From assembly GCA_004022145.1 (NCBI GenBank), contig RCNU01000001.1: a DNA stretch of 64,000 nucleotides; one strand, given 5' to 3'. The position numbers were made by a program, and so were the translations under genes. Within the stretch, counting starts at the first letter, position 1. The number at the start of each line of letters is the position of its first letter. This DNA comes from Paecilomyces variotii. Taxonomy: Eukaryota. Positions 59,536 through 64,000 of the stretch are shown here, piece by piece. The notes under the pieces are model-generated. The model saw nothing but the letters and a program-made list of their open reading frames with translations. It was not told the DNA's origin and searched no databases.

Positions 59536-62163
59536 ATGTCGACGCGCAACCGCAGATTAGTGACATACGGCAAAGCTTCGAGATCGATCGCAAAGGGCAC
59601 ACCGGGCAGTATCTCTTCAAAGCATGTGCCTCTCGGTGCTGTTGAACCCACAGCTAGGCCTGTGACCTTTGCGCAGAGATATGGTAGTTCGGTGACTTTG
59701 CCAGAGGAGACTTCCAGTACAGAAACCAACGGTGTGTCTAGGGACGCGCGAGAGGTAACCGCTCTCCGCGACACGCATGTCGAGCGCCCTGCTGTTTCTA
59801 GCGACGATGAACAGCCTGCGAATGAGAATCCAAACAAACGCAGGAAACCCATATCAAACGGTCCCAGTCAACGAACACGTCATGCCGGCACGAAGAGCAT
59901 TAGTGGTCATTCTCCCGTATCAGCAATAGAGCATGGAAGCGGTGACATTCGTGATGTATCCAGCTCACATGGTCCTTCATCAAATGTCGGCGCGCCACAA
60001 GGTGACAAACTGGAGAATGGAAACAATATGTTTTCTGGAAGACGAGACATTTCCCGGAAACGCTCAAACTCCTCTCGATCATCGGTTGCCCCTACCAGTC
60101 TGGGAAATGTTCAAAGCCCAGGGACTGGAAAGCTTGCGGGTGACTCTTCGTCTTCTGACGCCCACTCGGTTCCTAGGACGCGTCAGGTCCTGGCTTATTC
60201 AAGAAAAAATCGATCGATCGCCAGGTCCTCGGCACAACCTCTCACCGGTAAGACCCCGGAAAAGTATACTCAATCAAATCCTGCGAGTTCAGAGAATATA
60301 TCATCAAATGACGGTGAGCAAGTTAAACCGAATTCACCCAGGGTAGATACGCCGGGCAGAAAGAGGCTTGTGGATTCCTTGAGCGCTCAAGGAAGACCGG
60401 AAAGATCCCCTCCGCAGCCCTCTGATATTGGTGGTGACTCGAAAGCGATGTCCTCTAACGACCCTTTCACGACTCCGGCCCCTACTGGACAATCGATCCG
60501 TTTGGCCGCTTCTCAATCTAGTGGATCTAAAGTTACATACGCACGCCAGAGATCCTTTCTAAGTGAACTAGGCTCTTCTGATGATGCTGGGCCTCGAGAC
60601 CTATCAGAACTCCTATCCTCATCGCGCATGCAACTGCAACCTCAAGTCAGCTCTGCAACTACGATTTCCTCGCTTATAGACGACGAGGAAAGTAATCGTG
60701 CCAGCTCAGTTCGCAGTATTCACGAGCTGAGACGGGCAGGTCGTACTGCTCATTTTCAAGCGACCGTCAATTCCATGTTGGAAGACATAGAAGATGCTTC
60801 TCTGTCAATGTCTAGCCGGCGAAGCGCCCTTCTACAACTCTGCAGAAAACTCAGTGATCATCAATTTGCCCTACAGTTTCTTGAGCATGGATTCGACAGA
60901 CGGCTCGCTAGTTGTATCTCCGATCAACTCGATGTCACCTGCTCATATCTGGCGCTCTGTGCTTATGCACTAATCCTCTCGAACGGCCCACCATCCCCTG
61001 ATGTCTTGCTGTCATTCTGGCCCCAGGTCTTGCAGTTGTCCCCAGCTCTTCTTGAATTAGAGGATGATGTCCTCGTGATGTCTAAGCAGAAGCGCTACAA
61101 TCTGCCTAAAGATGGACAAAAGGGCTTTCGCGACCTAGTTTCGCACTTTCGAACTGTGTTCCCTGCCGATCAACTGCATTATTGGCTTTCTCCGCAAATA
61201 CTGGGTCTTCGATGTATCTGGCTGACCCTGCGCGGATGCCGCGATCAAATTGATGCCCTGAAGAGAATCCCAGGAGCTTTAATGGAAAGAATAGTCGAGA
61301 TCCTGGTACGAAATTCCGTCCATCTAGGAGACAGTCTAAGCCCAGAAAGTCTATCGATTCTGGAATATACTTTGTCTATCCTAGAAGCGCACACAACTCT
61401 ACCGGACATACTCGAAGACGGTGGAGAAAATCCGATAAAAGCGGTTGCTTCCCTTGGGACTCTACTTCATTCTCTTGAGGAGCCGCATGATCATCGTTTG
61501 AAGGAAATTCAAGTCCTTTACATACGGCTGGTACTGAATATTACGAACAACAATACGTCACTCTGCGAGGACTTCTCTACCCCCGAACTGGTGAGGAGTC
61601 TAGTCGAAATAGTCTTGAAAGATTTTGAACGAGTCTCAGAAATGGTCAGTGCGGAGAAGAAAGAATCTATTGACGCCGTGATATTGGCTCTTGGGACTTT
61701 GATCAACTTGACAGAGGAGACTGCAACACCCAGGAAGCTTATTCTTGAAGAGATGACGCAGTCTGGGTCTTTACTTGATCGTCTCTTATCTTTGTTTTCG
61801 AGTGGGTTTGAGGCTGTTTCAGAGGTAAGGCTAAGTTACGCGCTATTGTTATGGATCTATCTAACAACATTCCAGGCCGATTCTTTTGTGCAGACACATT
61901 CTAATGTTGCATTTGGTTATCTATCAATTCTTCTGTGTACGCTGTCTTTGGATGAAAGTGTCCGTGCACGTCTGAGACATTCTCTCTGTGGCAATGGCCT
62001 CTCACGTGTTTTGGCGACAGCAGAGGAATTCCTTCAATACCATAGGAAGGTTGAAGATGAACTACGCAGCTTGGGCGGTGAGCAGGATCAAGTGGCTGGT
62101 TTTACATCTAGATTACAGGGCCTTGTGGAAAGAATTCGACGGTATGAAAAATGCTCGATTTGA
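59536..62163 (+). CDS. WPL1: Wings-apart-like (Wapl) cohesin release factor. Exons 59536-61824 and 61876-62163.
   Basis: Long S/R-rich N-terminus with LVTYGK and VTYARQRSFL motifs, VRSIHELRRAG, and a helical WAPL domain (LNITNNN, LALGTLINLTE, AFGYLSILL). Confidence 0.85.
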   Translation: MSTRNRRLVTYGKASRSIAKGTPGSISSKHVPLGAVEPTARPVTFAQRYGSSVTLPEETSSTETNGVSRDAREVTALRDTHVERPAVSSDDEQPANENPNKRRKPISNGPSQRTRHAGTKSISGHSPVSAIEHGSGDIRDVSSSHGPSSNVGAPQGDKLENGNNMFSGRRDISRKRSNSSRSSVAPTSLGNVQSPGTGKLAGDSSSSDAHSVPRTRQVLAYSRKNRSIARSSAQPLTGKTPEKYTQSNPASSENISSNDGEQVKPNSPRVDTPGRKRLVDSLSAQGRPERSPPQPSDIGGDSKAMSSNDPFTTPAPTGQSIRLAASQSSGSKVTYARQRSFLSELGSSDDAGPRDLSELLSSSRMQLQPQVSSATTISSLIDDEESNRASSVRSIHELRRAGRTAHFQATVNSMLEDIEDASLSMSSRRSALLQLCRKLSDHQFALQFLEHGFDRRLASCISDQLDVTCSYLALCAYALILSNGPPSPDVLLSFWPQVLQLSPALLELEDDVLVMSKQKRYNLPKDGQKGFRDLVSHFRTVFPADQLHYWLSPQILGLRCIWLTLRGCRDQIDALKRIPGALMERIVEILVRNSVHLGDSLSPESLSILEYTLSILEAHTTLPDILEDGGENPIKAVASLGTLLHSLEEPHDHRLKEIQVLYIRLVLNITNNNTSLCEDFSTPELVRSLVEIVLKDFERVSEMVSAEKKESIDAVILALGTLINLTEETATPRKLILEEMTQSGSLLDRLLSLFSSGFEAVSEVRLSYALLLWIYLTTFQADSFVQTHSNVAFGYLSILLCTLSLDESVRARLRHSLCGNGLSRVLATAEEFLQYHRKVEDELRSLGGEQDQVAGFTSRLQGLVERIRRYEKCSI

Positions 62164-63545
62164 CGTGACGTATTGTTATGCCGCAGTTTTCTCGACATGG
62201 ATGTCCAGATGCTCGATGAGCCCAAAACGCGACCAAAAATCGCTGGTTTGTCCCGACCTATATGAGCGGATTTCCTGCTAGATGCATGTATGAGTGCCCG
62301 CAGAGGGCGTTCTACGTTCAAATCAGACGTTCTGCGCTCACATCAGATCTTATTGGTCGTTATTGATGTTTATTGATTTCAGGGTCCGCCAGCTTGATTG
62401 TCCGAGCTAGCGATTTTAGGAGGGGGATTGCAGCATGGCATCAGAAAAATCAGGAGATCAGCCCGGAAAGCCTCGAGCTGCTTCCTTGGAAGTGGATGCG
62501 ATACCAAAATCCTGCAGCTCCCTTCATATTTCTGGCATAACAGCCAAATGAAAATCCTTCGAGACGAGCAACGGTCGACCATTTCTTCAGTGGAGACTGC
62601 CTCCGTAGCGAGCGCATATACTTTAGCGCCATCTTCTCGTTCGGTCGACCGAACAGAGAGGTTCATTGCATCCTATCGTGACAGCTAGTGAAGGGGCTCC
62701 ATCGGAGGACTGGAGGTTGCAAAGCTGCCGAGGTCCGATTCGCGATACCCATGTTTGTTCATGTGTCCGACTAAATTACAGGGGTTATATTCTGTTAAAT
62801 AGGTATGATGATAATATCCATATGGAAATGCATAGATGATTACGACCCTAAGGACTGTGTTTGACTGTAGTGATCCTTAGCTCTGTAGGTAGTAGTATTA
62901 ATTACCTTATCCGGACTGCTGGACAAGTGAGCACTGATGATATCGGAAGCATGTTCCGCCATCCGCAGAGTCCATTTGGCATCGGATCGTCTGCCAGGTG
63001 CTGGTCTACCGCCTACTATTTCCGGTAAGCGCAAGCACCGGCATCGCTACCTAACAACCACCTGCAGTAGCTACGAGTACTTACTGAGTAATTACGAGTC
63101 CCGCAAGGTCGGGGAACGATTGTCGACTCCAGACCATCATTCTTCATCAATTCCATCGTTTCTTCCAGGTCTCCCCGTCTCCGGAGGTGGCATTTAAAGC
63201 TACCATCCGTCCTTTTAGACTCTACTTAATTTCTCACCTGGCAGCCCACCTCTATTCCGGGGCGTGTGTACCTTGCCACTGAAAAATTCGATTAGCTGTG
63301 ACCTTGGAATCTGTCCACTCGCTGTTTCAGGACATTGACTTATATTGTCCTCGTGAGGACCAGCTTCTTCTTGTCCGAATTAATTAAATATACAGAACGC
63401 CAATCCCTGATCCCGGAGCGTTCTCAGTGCTGGCACGCTCCCGTGTACCGATATTGGATCTCCAACCTATCCTATCTGCCAAAGCTAGTGTCTTTGGCTC
63501 CTCCTAATACTCCTGTTTCAGCAACTCGAGATCTCGCCATTCAAG

Positions 63546-64000
63546 ATGCCTGCGCCTCCTAAGCAGCGCAAGATCGCCATCGTCGGCAGTCGTTCGGTAG
63601 GTATGTTGGTTTCGCTGATCCGGCCTGAGGGCTCCCTTTCCACCGGGAAGTAGTAGTTTCTGATCTTCCTACAGGAAAGTCTTCCCTCACAGTTCGTTTC
63701 GTCGATCACCACTTCGTAGAGAGCTACTATCCTACAATCGAGAACACGTTTAGCCGCATTATCAAGCACAAGGGACAAGACTATGCGACGGAGATTGTGG
63801 ATACTGCTGGACAGGTAACATCCTCATCGTCTAACAGCCATGTTCGACGCTAATTGTTCCGACAGGATGAATACAGCATTCTAAACTCGAAACATTTTAT
63901 TGGAATTCATGGATACATGATTGTATACTCAGTGGCATCTCGGCAGTCATTTGATATGGTCAGGGTTATTCGTGACAAGATACTGAACCATCTGGTGAGC
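63546..64000 (+). CDS. RHB1: Rheb small GTPase, 5' part. Exons 63546-63600, 63675-63814 and 63866-63994; the gene continues beyond the window.
   Basis: RKIAIVGSRSVGKSS with the Rheb-specific Arg in the P-loop, YYPTIENTF, DTAGQDEYS. Confidence 0.96.

Noticed and set aside
62379-63197. Several 60-96 aa ORFs between WAPL and RHEB
   Set aside because: No codon bias, motifs or supporting exon structure.

Overview
Gene-dense, intron-containing nuclear DNA from a filamentous ascomycete. The short GT-AG introns with CTRAY branch sites and the Aspergillus-like proteins suggest Eurotiales; this is an inference. I can reconstruct 22 protein-coding genes by hand, almost all housekeeping: PDB1 (partial), a GPATCH8-type zinc-finger protein, MCP1, TRM1, a MUP1-like permease, the divergent FAS2/FAS1 fatty-acid-synthase pair, TFIIF-alpha, a Cid1-family terminal nucleotidyltransferase, HGH1, inositol monophosphatase, an RBR E3 ligase, an XPG/Asteroid-like protein, UTP21, VIP1, a DAGK/sphingoid kinase, a DUF676 lipase, RPS1, ELF1, FUR1, WAPL and RHEB (partial). 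I see no transposons, tRNA/rRNA genes or CRISPR arrays. The three most interesting unexplained signals are: (1) a ~380-nt, extensively base-paired, multi-branched segment at 971-1348 whose G-U wobbles all favour the + strand and which matches no ncRNA family I can recognise; (2) a structured 280-nt 5'-UTR intron of FUR1 with H/ACA-like features; (3) a His-to-Tyr change at the UTP-selecting position of the Cid1-like enzyme. Exon boundaries and RNA pairings were read by eye and have not been computed or searched.
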